DNA of 64,000 nt from Auanema rhodensis (lineage: Eukaryota; Animalia; Nematoda). The first letter of the stretch is position 1; every line of letters starts with the position of its first letter. The position numbers were made by a program, and so were the translations under genes. Under the pieces are notes generated by a model. The model did not search any database. It was not told the origin of the DNA and saw only the letters and a list, made by a program, of their open reading frames with translations. Where the stretch lies: contig OZ059897.1 of NCBI GenBank assembly GCA_964057225.1, forward strand, positions 20,894,001 through 20,958,000. The letters are read 5' to 3'. Shown here piece by piece: positions 1 to 11,583 of the stretch.

Positions 1-27
1 ATCGTTTGAAAAATGATGCATTAGTGT

Positions 28-55
28 ATGTTGAGTTTCCATGTACACTCAACAT
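28..55. repeat. Inverted repeat 1 of the monomer (9-bp stem, 10-nt loop), repeated in essentially every monomer
   Basis: ATGTTGAGT (28-36) is the exact reverse complement of ACTCAACAT (47-55). Confidence 0.9.
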
Positions 56-68
56 TGCTTCCAAAAAC

Positions 69-103
69 ATTTTGACAAAAATTTTTTCGAAAAATTTCAA
101 AAT
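69..103. repeat. Inverted repeat 2 of the monomer (A/T-tract palindrome centred on a CpG)
   Basis: Perfect palindrome TTTTTCGAAAAA (83-94), flanked by ATTTTGA (69-75) and its reverse complement TCAAAAT (97-103). Confidence 0.85.
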
Positions 104-205
104 AATTTAGCAAAAAGTAGATGTTTTTAGATTCCTTTTTTCAAGGCAAAGACGATGGACAATGTTATTCAACGAAAAAATTATTTCTTCAGGGTGAAAA
201 TCGAG

Positions 206-236
206 GATATAAGTGTGAACTTATATCAGTTGATAT
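206..236. repeat. Inverted repeat 3 of the monomer (9-bp stem, 4-nt loop) with an overlapping alternative dyad
   Basis: GATATAAGT (206-214) / ACTTATATC (219-227) with loop GTGA; overlapping ATATCA (223-228) / TGATAT (231-236). Confidence 0.9.
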
Positions 237-237
237 C

Positions 238-310
238 TCGGTGCATTTTTAAGCTAGCGCAAATCTGATAACACAGATCGACGCAGCTTAAAAATCCGCA
301 TCAAATGCAC
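238..310. repeat. Inverted repeat 4 of the monomer (long nested imperfect hairpin)
   Basis: ATTTTTAAGCT (245-255) / AGCTTAAAAAT (285-295), 11 bp perfect; inner GCG (257-259) / CGC (282-284) and ATCTG (263-267) / CAGAT (274-278) around loop ATAACA; outer TCGGTGC (238-244) / consensus GCATCGA (298-304) with one G-T pair; alternative GTGCATT (241-247) / AATGCAC (304-310). Confidence 0.9.
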
Positions 311-3300
311 TATATTACATTGAAAAACGCTTAATACAAAAATTAGTTATGATCGTTTGAAAAATGATGCATTAGTGTATGTTGAGTTTCCATGTACACT
401 CAACATTGCTTCCAAAAACATTTTGACAAAAATTTTTTCGAAAAATTTCAAAATAATTTAGCAAAAAGTAGATGTTTTTAGATTCCATTTTTCAAGGCAA
501 AGACGATGGACAATGTTATTCAACGAAAAAATTAATTCTTCAGGGTGAAAATCGAGGATATAAGTGTGAACTTATATCAGTTGATATCTCGGTGCATTTT
601 TAAGCTAGCGCAAATCTGATAACACAGATCGACGCAGCTTAAAAATCCGCATCGAATGCACTATACTACATTGAGAAACGCTTGATACAAAAATTAGTTA
701 TGATCGTTTGAAAAATGATGCATTAGTGTATGTTGAGTTTCCATGTACACTCAACATTGCTTCCAAAAACATTTTGACAAAAATTTTTTCGAAAAATTTC
801 AAAATAATTTAGCAAAAAGTAGATGTTTTTAGATTCCTTTTTTCAAGGCAAAGACGATGGACAATGTTATTCAACGAAAAAATTATTTCTTCAGGGTGAA
901 AATCGAGGATATAAGTGTGAACTTATATCAGTTGATATCTCGGTGCATTTTTAAGCTAGCGCAAATCTGATAACACAGATCGACGCAGCTTAAAAATCCG
1001 CATCGAATGCACTATATTACATTGAAAAACGCTTAATACAAGAATTAGTTATGATCGTTTGAAAAATGATGCATTAGTGTATGTTGAGTTTCCATGTACA
1101 CTCAACATTGCTTCCAAAAACATTTTGACAAAAATTTTTTCGAAAAATTTCAAAATAATTTAGCAAAAAGTAGATGTTTTTAGATTCCTTTTTTCAAGGC
1201 AAAGACGATGGACAATGTTATTCAACGAGAAAATTAATTCTTCAGGGTGAAAATCGAGGATATAAGTGTGAACTTATATCAGTTGATATCTCGGTGCATT
1301 TTTAAGCTAGCGCAAATCTGATAACACAGATCGACGCAGCTTAAAAATCCGCATCGAATGCACTATACTACATTGAGAAAAGCTTAATACAAAAATTAGT
1401 TATGATCGTTAGAAAAATGATGCATTAGTGTATGTTGAGTTTCCATGTACACTCAACATTGCTTCCAAAAACATTTTGACAAAAATTTTTTCGAAAAATT
1501 TCTAAATAATTTACCAAAAAGTAGATGTTTTTAGATTCCATTTTTCAAGGCAAAGACGATAGACAATGTTATTCAACGAAAAAGTTAATTCTTCAGGGTG
1601 AAAATCGAGGATATAAGTGTGAACTTATATCAGTTGATATCTCGGTGCATTTTTAAGCTAGCGCAAATCTGATAACACAGATCGACGCAGCTTAAAAATC
1701 CGCATCGAATGCACTATATTACATTGAGAAACACTTGATACAAAAATTAGTTATGATCGTTTGAAAAATGATGCATTAGTGTATGTTGAGTTTCCATGTA
1801 CACTCAACATTGCTTCCAAAAACATTTTGACAAAAATTTTTTCGAAAAATTTCAAAATAATTTAGCAAAAAGTAGATGTTTTTAGATTCCTTTTTTCAAG
1901 GCAAAGACGATGGACAATGTTATTCAACGAGAAAATTAATTCTTCAGGGTGAAAATCGAGGATATAAGTGTGAACTTATATCAGTTGATATCTCGGTGCA
2001 TTTTTAAGCTAGCGCAAATCTGATAACACAGATCGACGCAGCTTAAAAATCCGCATCGAATGCACTATACTACATTGAAAAACGCTTAATACAAAAATTA
2101 GTTATGATCGTTTGAAAAATGATGCATTAGTGTATGTTGAGTTTCCATGTACACTCAACATTGCTTCCAAAAACATTTTGACAAAAATTTTTTCGAAAAA
2201 TTTCAAAATAATTTAGCGAAAAGTAGATGTTTTTAGATTCGATTTTTCAAGGCAAAGACGATGGACAATGTTATTCAACGAAAAAATTAATTCTTCAGGG
2301 TGAAAATCGAGGATATAAGTGTGAACTTATATCAGTTGATATCTCGGTGCATTTTCAAGCTAGCGCAAATTTGATAACAGAGATCGACGCAGCTTAAAAA
2401 TCCGCATCGAATGCACTATACTACATTGAGAAAAGCTTAATACAAAAATTAGTTATGATCGTTTGAAAAATGATGCATTAGTGTATGTTGAGTTTCCATA
2501 TACACTCAACATTGCTTCCAAAAACATTTTGACAAAAATTTTTTCGAAAAATTTCAAAATAATTTAGCAAAAAGTAGATGTTTTTAGATTCCATTTTTCA
2601 AGGCAAAGACGATGGACAATGTTATTCAACGAAAAAATTAATTCTTCAGGGTGAAAATCGAGGATATAAGTGTGAACTTATATCAGTTGATATCTCGGTG
2701 CATTTTCAAGCTAGCGCAAATCTGATAACACAGATCGACGCAGCTTAAAAATCCGCATCGAATGCACTATACTACATTGAGAAAAGCTTAATACAAAAAT
2801 TAGTTATGATCGTTTGAAAAATGATGCATTAGTGTATGTTGAGTTTCCATGTACACTCAACATTGCTTCCAAAAACATTTTGACAAAAATTTTTTCGAAA
2901 AATTTCAAAATAATTTAGCGAAAAGTAGATGTTTTTAGATTCGATTTTTCAAGGCAAAGACGATGGACAATGTTATTCAACGAAAAAATTAATTCTTCAG
3001 GGTGAAAATCGAGGATATAAGTGTGAACTTATATCAGTTGATATCTCGGTGCATTTTCAAGCTAGCGCAAATCTGATAACACAGATCGACGCAGCTTAAA
3101 AATCCGCATCGAATGCACTATACTACATTGAGAAAAGCTTAATACAAAAATTAGTTATGATCGTTTGAAAAATGATGCATTAGTGTATGTTGAGTTTCCA
3201 TGTACACTCAACATTGCTTCCAAAAACATTTTGACAAAAATTTTTTCGAAAAATTTCAAAATAATTTAGCAAAAAGTAGATGTTTTTAGATTCCTTTTTT

Positions 3301-6300
3301 CAAGGCAAAGACGATGGACAATGTTATTCAACGAAAAAATTATTTCTTCAGGGTGAAAATCGAGGATATAAGTGTGAACTTATATCAGTTGATATCTCGG
3401 TGCATTTTTAAGCTAGCGCAAATCTGATAACACAGATCGACGCAGCTTAAAAATCCGCATCGAATGCACTATATTACATTGAAAAACGCTTAATACAAGA
3501 ATTAGTTATGATCGTTTGAAAAATGATGCATTAGTGTATGTTGAGTTTCCATGTACACTCAACATTGCTTCCAAAAACATTTTGACAAAAATTTTTTCGA
3601 AAAATTTCAAAATAATTTAGCAAAAAGTAGATGTTTTTAGATTCCTTTTTTCAAGGCAAAGACGATGGACAATGTTATTCAACGAGAAAATTAATTCTTC
3701 AGGGTGAAAATCGAGGATATAAGTGTGAACTTATATCAGTTGATATCTCGGTGCATTTTTAAGCTAGCGCAAATCTGATAACACAGATCGACGCAGCTTA
3801 AAAATCCGCATCGAATGCACTATACTACATTGAGAAAAGCTTAATACAAAAATTAGTTATGATCGTTAGAAAAATGATGCATTAGTGTATGTTGAGTTTC
3901 CATGTACACTCAACATTGCTTCCAAAAACATTTTGACAAAAATTTTTTCGAAAAATTTCAAAATAATTTACCAAAGAGTAGATGTTTTTAGATTCCATTT
4001 TTCAAGGCAAAGACGATAGACAATGTTATTCAACGAAAAAGTTAATTCTTCAGGGTGAAAATCGAGGATATAAGTGTGAACTTATATCAGTTGATATCTC
4101 GGTGCATTTTTAAGCTAGCGCAAATCTGATAACACAGATCGACGCAGCTTAAAAATCCGCATCGAATGCACTATATTACATTGAGAAACACTTGATACAA
4201 AAATTAGTTATGATCGTTTGAAAAATGATGCATTAGTGTATGTTGAGTTTCCATGTACACTCAACATTGCTTCCAAAAACATTTTGACAAAAATTTTTTC
4301 GAAAAATTTCAAAATAATTTACCAAAAAGTAGATGTTTTTAGATTCCATTTTTCAAGGCAAAGACGATAGACAATGTTATTCAACGAAAAAGTTAATTCT
4401 TCAGGGTGAAAATCGAGGATATAAGTGTGAACTTATATCAGTTGATATCTCGGTGCATTTTTAAGCTAGCGCAAATCTGATAACACAGATCGACGCAGCT
4501 TAAAAATCCGCATCGAATGCACTATATTACATTGAGAAACACTTGATACAAAAATTAGTTATGATCGTTTGAAAAATGATGCATTAGTGTATGTTGAGTT
4601 TCCATGTACACTCAACATTGCTTCCAAAAACATTTTGACAAAAATTTTTTCGAAAAATTTCAAAATAATTTAGCAAAAAGTAGATGTTTTTAGATTCGAT
4701 TTTTCAAGGCAAAGACGATGGACAATGTTATTCAACGAAAAAATTAATTCTTCAGGGTGAAAATCGAGGATATAAGTGTGAACTTATATCAGTTGATATC
4801 TCGGTGCATTTTTAAGCTAGCGCAAATCTGATAACACAGATCGACGCAGCTTAAAAATCCGCATCTAATGCACTATACTACATTGAGAAAAGCTTAATAC
4901 AAAAATTAGTTATGATCGTTTGAAAAATGATGCATTAGTGTATGTTGAGTTTCCATGTACACTCAACATTGCTTCCAAAAACATTTTGACAAAAATTTTT
5001 TCGAAAAATTTCAAAATAATTTAGCAAAAAGTAGATGTTTTTAGATTCGATTTTTCAAGGCAAAGACGATGGACAATGTTATTCAACGAAAAAATTATTT
5101 CTTCAGGGTGAAAATCGAGGATATAAGTGTGAACTTATATCAGTTGATATCTCGGTGCATTTTTAAGCTAGCGCAAATCTGATAACACAGATCGACGCAG
5201 CTTAAAAATCCGCATTGAATGCACTATATTACATTGAAAAACGCTTAATACAAGAATTAGTTATGATCGTTTGAAAAATGATGCATTAGTGTATGTTGAG
5301 TTTCCATGTACACTCAACATTGCTTCCAAAAACATTTTGACAAAAATTTTTTCGAAAAATTTCAAAATAATTTACCAAAAAGTAGATGTTTTTAGATTCC
5401 ATTTTTCAAGGCAAAGACGATAGACAATGTTATTCAACGAAAAAGTTAATTCTTCAGGGTGAAAATCGAGGATATAAGTGTGAACTTATATCAGTTGATA
5501 TCTCGGTGCATTTTTAAGCTAGCGCAAATCTGATAACACAGATCGACGCAGCTTAAAAATCCGCATCGAATGCACTATATTACATTGAGAAACACTTGAT
5601 ACAAAAATTAGTTATGATCGTTTGAAAAATGATGCATTAGTGTATGTTGAGTTTCCATGTACACTCAACATTGCTTCCAAAAACATTTTGACAAAAATTT
5701 TTTCGAAAAATTTCAAAATAATTTAGCAAAAAGTAGATGTTTTTAGATTCCTTTTTTCAAGGCAAAGACGATGGACAATGTTATTCAACGAAAAAATTAT
5801 TTCTTCAGGGTGAAAATCGAGGATATAAGTGTGAACTTATATCAGTTGATATCTCGGTGCATTTTTAAGCTAGCGCAAATCTGATAACACAGATCGACGC
5901 AGCTTAAAAATCCGCATCGAATGCACTATATTACATTGAAAAACGCTTAATACAAAAATTAGTTATGATCGTTTGAAAAATGATGCATTAGTGTATGTTG
6001 AGTTTCCATGTACACTCAACATTGCTTCCAAAAACATTTTGACAAAAATTTTTTCGAAAAATTTCAAAATAATTTACCAAAAAGTAGATGTTTTTAGATT
6101 CCATTTTTCAAGGCAAAGACGATAGACAATGTTATTCAACGAAAAAGTTAATTCTTCAGGGTGAAAATCGAGGATATAAGTGTGAACTTATATCAGTTGA
6201 TATCTCGGTGCATTTTTAAGCTAGCGCAAATCTGATAACACAGATCGACGCAGCTTAAAAATCCGCATCGAATGCACTATATTACATTGAGAAACACTTG

Positions 6301-9300
6301 ATACAAAAATTAGTTATGATCGTTTGAAAAATGATGCATTAGTGTATGTTGAGTTTCCATGTACACTCAACATTGCTTCCAAAAACATTTTGACAAAAAT
6401 TTTTTCGAAAAATTTCAAAATAATTTAGCAAAAAGTAGATGTTTTTAGATTCGATTTTTGAAGGCAAAGACGATGGACAATGTTATTCAACGAAAAAATT
6501 AATTCTTCAGGGTGAAAATCGAGGATATAAGTGTGAACTTATATCAGTTGATATCTCGGTGCATTTTTAAGCTAGCGCAAATCTGATAACACAGATCGAC
6601 GCAGCTTAAAAATCCGCATCTAATGCACTATACTACATTGAGAAAAGCTTAATACAAAAATTAGTTATGATCGTTTGAAAAATGATGCATTAGTGTATGT
6701 TGAGTTTCCATGTACAGTCAACATTGCTTCCAAAAACATTTTGACAAAAATTTTTTCGAAAAATTTCAAAATAATTTAGCAAAAAGTAGATGTTTTTAGA
6801 TTCGATTTTTCAAGGCAAAGACGATGGACAATCTTATTCAACGAAAAAATTATTTCTTCAGGGTGAAAATCGAGGATATAAGTGTGAACTTATATCAGTT
6901 GATATCTCGGTGCATTTTTAAGCTAGCGCAAATCTGATAACACAGATCGACGCAGCTTAAAAATCCGCATCGAATGCACTATATTACATTGAAAAACGCT
7001 TAATACAAGAATTAGTTATGATCGTTTGAAAAATGATGCATTAGTGTATGTTGAGTTTCCATGTACACTCAACATTGCTTCCAAAAACATTTTGACAAAA
7101 ATTTTTTCGAAAAATTTCAAAATAATTTACCAAAAAGTAGATGTTTTTAGATTCCATTTTTCAAGGCAAAGACGATAGACAATGTTATTCAACGAAAAAG
7201 TTAATTCTTCAGGGTGAAAATCGAGGATATAAGTGTGAACTTATATCAGTTGATATCTCGGTGCATTTTTAAGCTAGCGCAAATCTGATAACACAGATCG
7301 ACGCAGCTTAAAAATCCGCATCGAATGCACTATATTACATTGAAAAACGCTTAATACAAAAATTAGTTATGATCGTTTGAAAAATGATGCATTAGTGTAT
7401 GTTGAGTTTCCATGTACACTCAACATTGCTTCCAAAAACATTTTGACAAAAATTTTTTCGAAAAATTTCAAAATAATTTACCAAAAAGTAGATGTTTTTA
7501 GATTCCATTTTTCAAGGCAAAGACGATGGACAATGTAATTCAACGAAAAAATTAATTCTTCAGGGTGAAAATCGAGGATATAAGTGTGAACTTATATCAG
7601 TTGATATCTCGGTGCATTTTTAAGCTAGCGCAAATCTGATAACACAGATCGACGCAGCTTAAAAATCCGCATCGAATGCACTATATTACATTGAAAAACG
7701 CTTAATACAAGAATTAGTTATGATCGTTTGAAAAATGATGCATTAGTGTATGTTGAGTTTCCATGTACACTCAACATTGCTTCCAAAAACATTTTGACAA
7801 AAATTTTTTCGAAAAATTTCAAAATAATTTAGCAAAAAGTAGATGTTTTTAGATTCCTTTTTTCAAGGCAAAGACGATGGACAATGTTATTCAACGAAAA
7901 AATTATTTCTTCAGGGTGAAAATCGAGGATATAAGTGTGAACTTATATCAGTTGATATCTCGGTGCATTTTTAAGCTAGCGCAAATCTGATAACACAGAT
8001 CGACGCAGCTTAAAAATCCGCATCGAATGCACTATACTACATTGAGAAAAGCTTAATACAAAAATTAGTTATGATCGTTTGAAAAATGATGCATTAGTGT
8101 ATGTTGAGTTTCCATGTACACTCAACATTGCTTCCAAAAACATTTTGACAAAAATTTTTTCGAAAAATTTCAAAATAATTTAGCAAAAAGTAGATGTTTT
8201 TAGATTCGATTTTTCAAGGCAAAGACGATGGACAATGTTATTCAACGAAAAAATTATTTCTTCAGGGTGAAAATCGAGGATATAAGTGTGAACTTATATC
8301 AGTTGATATCTCGGTGCATTTTTAAGCTAGCGCAAATCTGATAACACAGATCGACGCAGCTTAAAAATCCGCATCGAATGCACTATATTACATTGAAAAA
8401 CGCTTAATACAAGAATTAGTTATGATCGTTTGAAAAATGATGCATTAGTGTATGTTGAGTTTCCATGTACACTCAACATTGCTTCCAAAAACATTTTGAC
8501 AAAAATTTTTTCGAAAAATTTCAAAATAATTTAGCAAAAAGTAGATGTTTTTAGATTCCTTTTTTCAAGGCAAAGACGATGGACAATGTTATTCAACGAG
8601 AAAATTAATTCTTCAGGGTGAAAATCGAGGATATAAGTGTGAACTTATATCAGTTGATATCTCGGTGCATTTTTAAGCTAGCGCAAATCTGATAACACAG
8701 ATCGACGCAGCTTAAAAATCCGCATCGAATGCACTATATTACATTGAAAAACGCTTAATACAAAAATTAGTTATGATCGTTAGAAAAATGATGCATTAGT
8801 GTATGTTGAGTTTCCATGTACACTCAACATTGCTTCCAAAAACATTTTGACAAAAATTTTTTCGAAAAATTTCAAAATAATTTACCAAAAAGTAGATGTT
8901 TTTAGATTCCATTTTTCAAGGCAAAGACGATAGACAATGTTATTCAACGAAAAAGTTAATTCTTCAGGGTGAAAATCGAGGATATAAGTGTGAACTTATA
9001 TCAGTTGATATCTCGGTGCATTTTTAAGCTAGCGCAAATCTGATAACACAGATCGACGCAGCTTAAAAATCCGCATCGAATGCACTATATTACATTGAGA
9101 AACACTTGATACAAAAATTAGTTATGATCGTTTGAAAAATGATGCATTAGTGTATGTTGAGTTTCCATGTACACTCAACATTGCTTCCAAAAACATTTTG
9201 ACAAAAATTTTTTCGAAAAATTTCAAAATAATTTACCAAAAAGTAGATGTTTTTAGATTCCATTTTTCAAGGCAAAGACGATAGACAATGTTATTCAACG

Positions 9301-11583
9301 AAAAAGTTAATTCTTCAGGGTGAAAATCGAGGATATAAGTGTGAACTTATATCAGTTGATATCTCGGTGCATTTTTAAGCTAGCGCAAATCTGATAACAC
9401 AGATCGACGCAGCTTAAAAATCCGCATCGAATGCACTATATTACATTGAGAAACACTTGATACAAAAATTAGTTATGATCGTTTGAAAAATGATGCATTA
9501 GTGTATGTTGAGTTTCCATGTACACTCAACATTGCTTCCAAAAACATTTTGACAAAAATTTTTTCGAAAAATTTCAAAATAATTTAGCAAAAAGTAGATG
9601 TTTTTAGATTCGATTTTTCAAGGCAAAGACGATGGACAATGTTATTCAACGAAAAAATTAATTCTTCAGGGTGAAAATCGAGGATATAAGTGTGAACTTA
9701 TATCAGTTGATATCTCGGTGCATTTTTAAGCTAGCGCAAATCTGATAACACAGATCGACGCAGCTTAAAAATCCGCATCTAATGCACTATACTACATTGA
9801 GAAAAGCTTAATACAAAAATTAGTTATGATCGTTTGAAAAATGATGCATTAGTGTATGTTGAGTTTCCATGTACACTCAACATTGCTTCCAAAAACATTT
9901 TGACAAAAATTTTTTCGAAAAATTTCAAAATAATTTAGCAAAAAGTAGATGTTTTTAGATTCGATTTTTCAAGGCAAAGACGATGGACAATGTTATTCAA
10001 CGAAAAAATTATTTCTTCAGGGTGAAAATCGAGGATATAAGTGTGAACTTATATCAGTTGATATCTCGGTGCATTTTTAAGCTAGCGCAAATCTGATAAC
10101 ACAGATCGACGCAGCTTAAAAATCCGCATCGAATGCACTATATTACATTGAAAAACGCTTAATACAAGAATTAGTTATGATCGTTTGAAAAATGATGCAT
10201 TAGTGTATGTTGAGTTTCCATGTACACTCAACATTGCTTCCAAAAACATTTTGACAAAAATTTTTTCGAAAAATTTCAAAATAATTTACCAAAAAGTAGA
10301 TGTTTTTAGATTCCATTTTTCAAGGCAAAGACGATAGACAATGTTATTCAACGAAAAAGTTAATTCTTCAGGGTGAAAATCGAGGATATAAGTGTGAACT
10401 TATATCAGTTGATATCTCGGTGCATTTTTAAGCTAGCGCAAATCTGATAACACAGATCGACGCAGCTTAAAAATCCGCATCGAATGCACTATATTACATT
10501 GAGAAACACTTGATACAAAAATTAGTTATGATCGTTTGAAAAATGATGCATTAGTGTATGTTGAGTTTCCATGTACACTCAACATTGCTTCCAAAAACAT
10601 TTTGACAAAAATTTTTTCGAAAAATTTCAAAATAATTTAGCAAAAAGTAGATGTTTTTAGATTCCTTTTTTCAAGGCAAAGACGATGGACAATGTTATTC
10701 AACGAAAAAATTATTTCTTCAGGGTGAAAATCGAGGATATAAGTGTGAACTTATATCAGTTGATATCTCGGTGCATTTTTAAGCTAGCGCAAATCTGATA
10801 ACACAGATCGACGCAGCTTAAAAATCCGCATCGAATGCACTATATTACATTGAAAAACGCTTAATACAAAAATTAGTTATGATCGTTTGAAAAATGATGC
10901 ATTAGTGTATGTTGAGTTTCCATGTACACTCAACATTGCTTCCAAAAACATTTTGACAAAAATTTTTTCGAAAAATTTCAAAATAATTTAGCAAAAAGTA
11001 GATGTTTTTAGATTCCATTTTTCAAGGCAAAGACGATGGACAATGTTATTCAACGAAAAAATTAATTCTTCAGGGTGAAAATCGAGGATATAAGTGTGAA
11101 CTTATATCAGTTGATATCTCGGTGCATTTTTAAGCTAGCGCAAATCTGATAACACAGATCGACGCAGCTTAAAAATCCGCATCGAATGCACTATACTACA
11201 TTGAGAAACGCTTGATACAAAAATTAGTTATGATCGTTTGAAAAATGATGCATTAGTGTATGTTGAGTTTCCATGTACACTCAACATTGCTTCCAAAAAC
11301 ATTTTGACAAAAATTTTTTCGAAAAATTTCAAAATAATTTAGCAAAAAGTAGATGTTTTTAGATTCCTTTTTTCAAGGCAAAGACGATGGACAATGTTAT
11401 TCAACGAAAAAATTATTTCTTCAGGGTGAAAATCGAGGATATAAGTGTGAACTTATATCAGTTGATATCTCGGTGCATTTTTAAGCTAGCGCAAATCTGA
11501 TAACACAGATCGACGCAGCTTAAAAATCCGCATCGAATGCACTATATTACATTGAAAAACGCTTAATACAAGAATTAGTTATG

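Larger units (their letters stand above)
1..351. repeat. Representative satellite monomer (351 bp, about 31% GC, many A/T tracts)
   Basis: First full period of the array; the start phase is arbitrary. Hand count gives about 108 G+C in 351 bp. Confidence 0.97.

Noticed and set aside
85-101. CENP-B box
   Set aside because: TTCG....A is present but the required downstream CGGG is absent.
265-271. Hammerhead ribozyme core, as known from some satellites (CTGATAA resembles CUGANGA)
   Set aside because: The conserved G of CUGANGA is missing, the motif is buried in a stem-loop, and I could not build the three-helix junction with GAAA and a cleavage triplet. An Infernal search would settle it.
1-351. 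Tandem 5S rRNA, tRNA, snRNA or spliced-leader gene array
   Set aside because: No recognisable 5S, tRNA cloverleaf, pol III A/B box or Sm-site pattern was seen on either strand. Not excluded by a covariance-model search.
1-351. Monomer as an ancient dimer of ~175-bp subunits
   Set aside because: Only short AT-rich similarities (e.g. ATGTT at 28, 121 and 162) are visible, with no convincing half-to-half alignment by eye.
1-351. Assignment to a named ~340-360-bp satellite family (e.g. Drosophila 359-bp or Tribolium satellites)
   Set aside because: Only length and AT richness are similar. I do not recognise the sequence and cannot run a database search.
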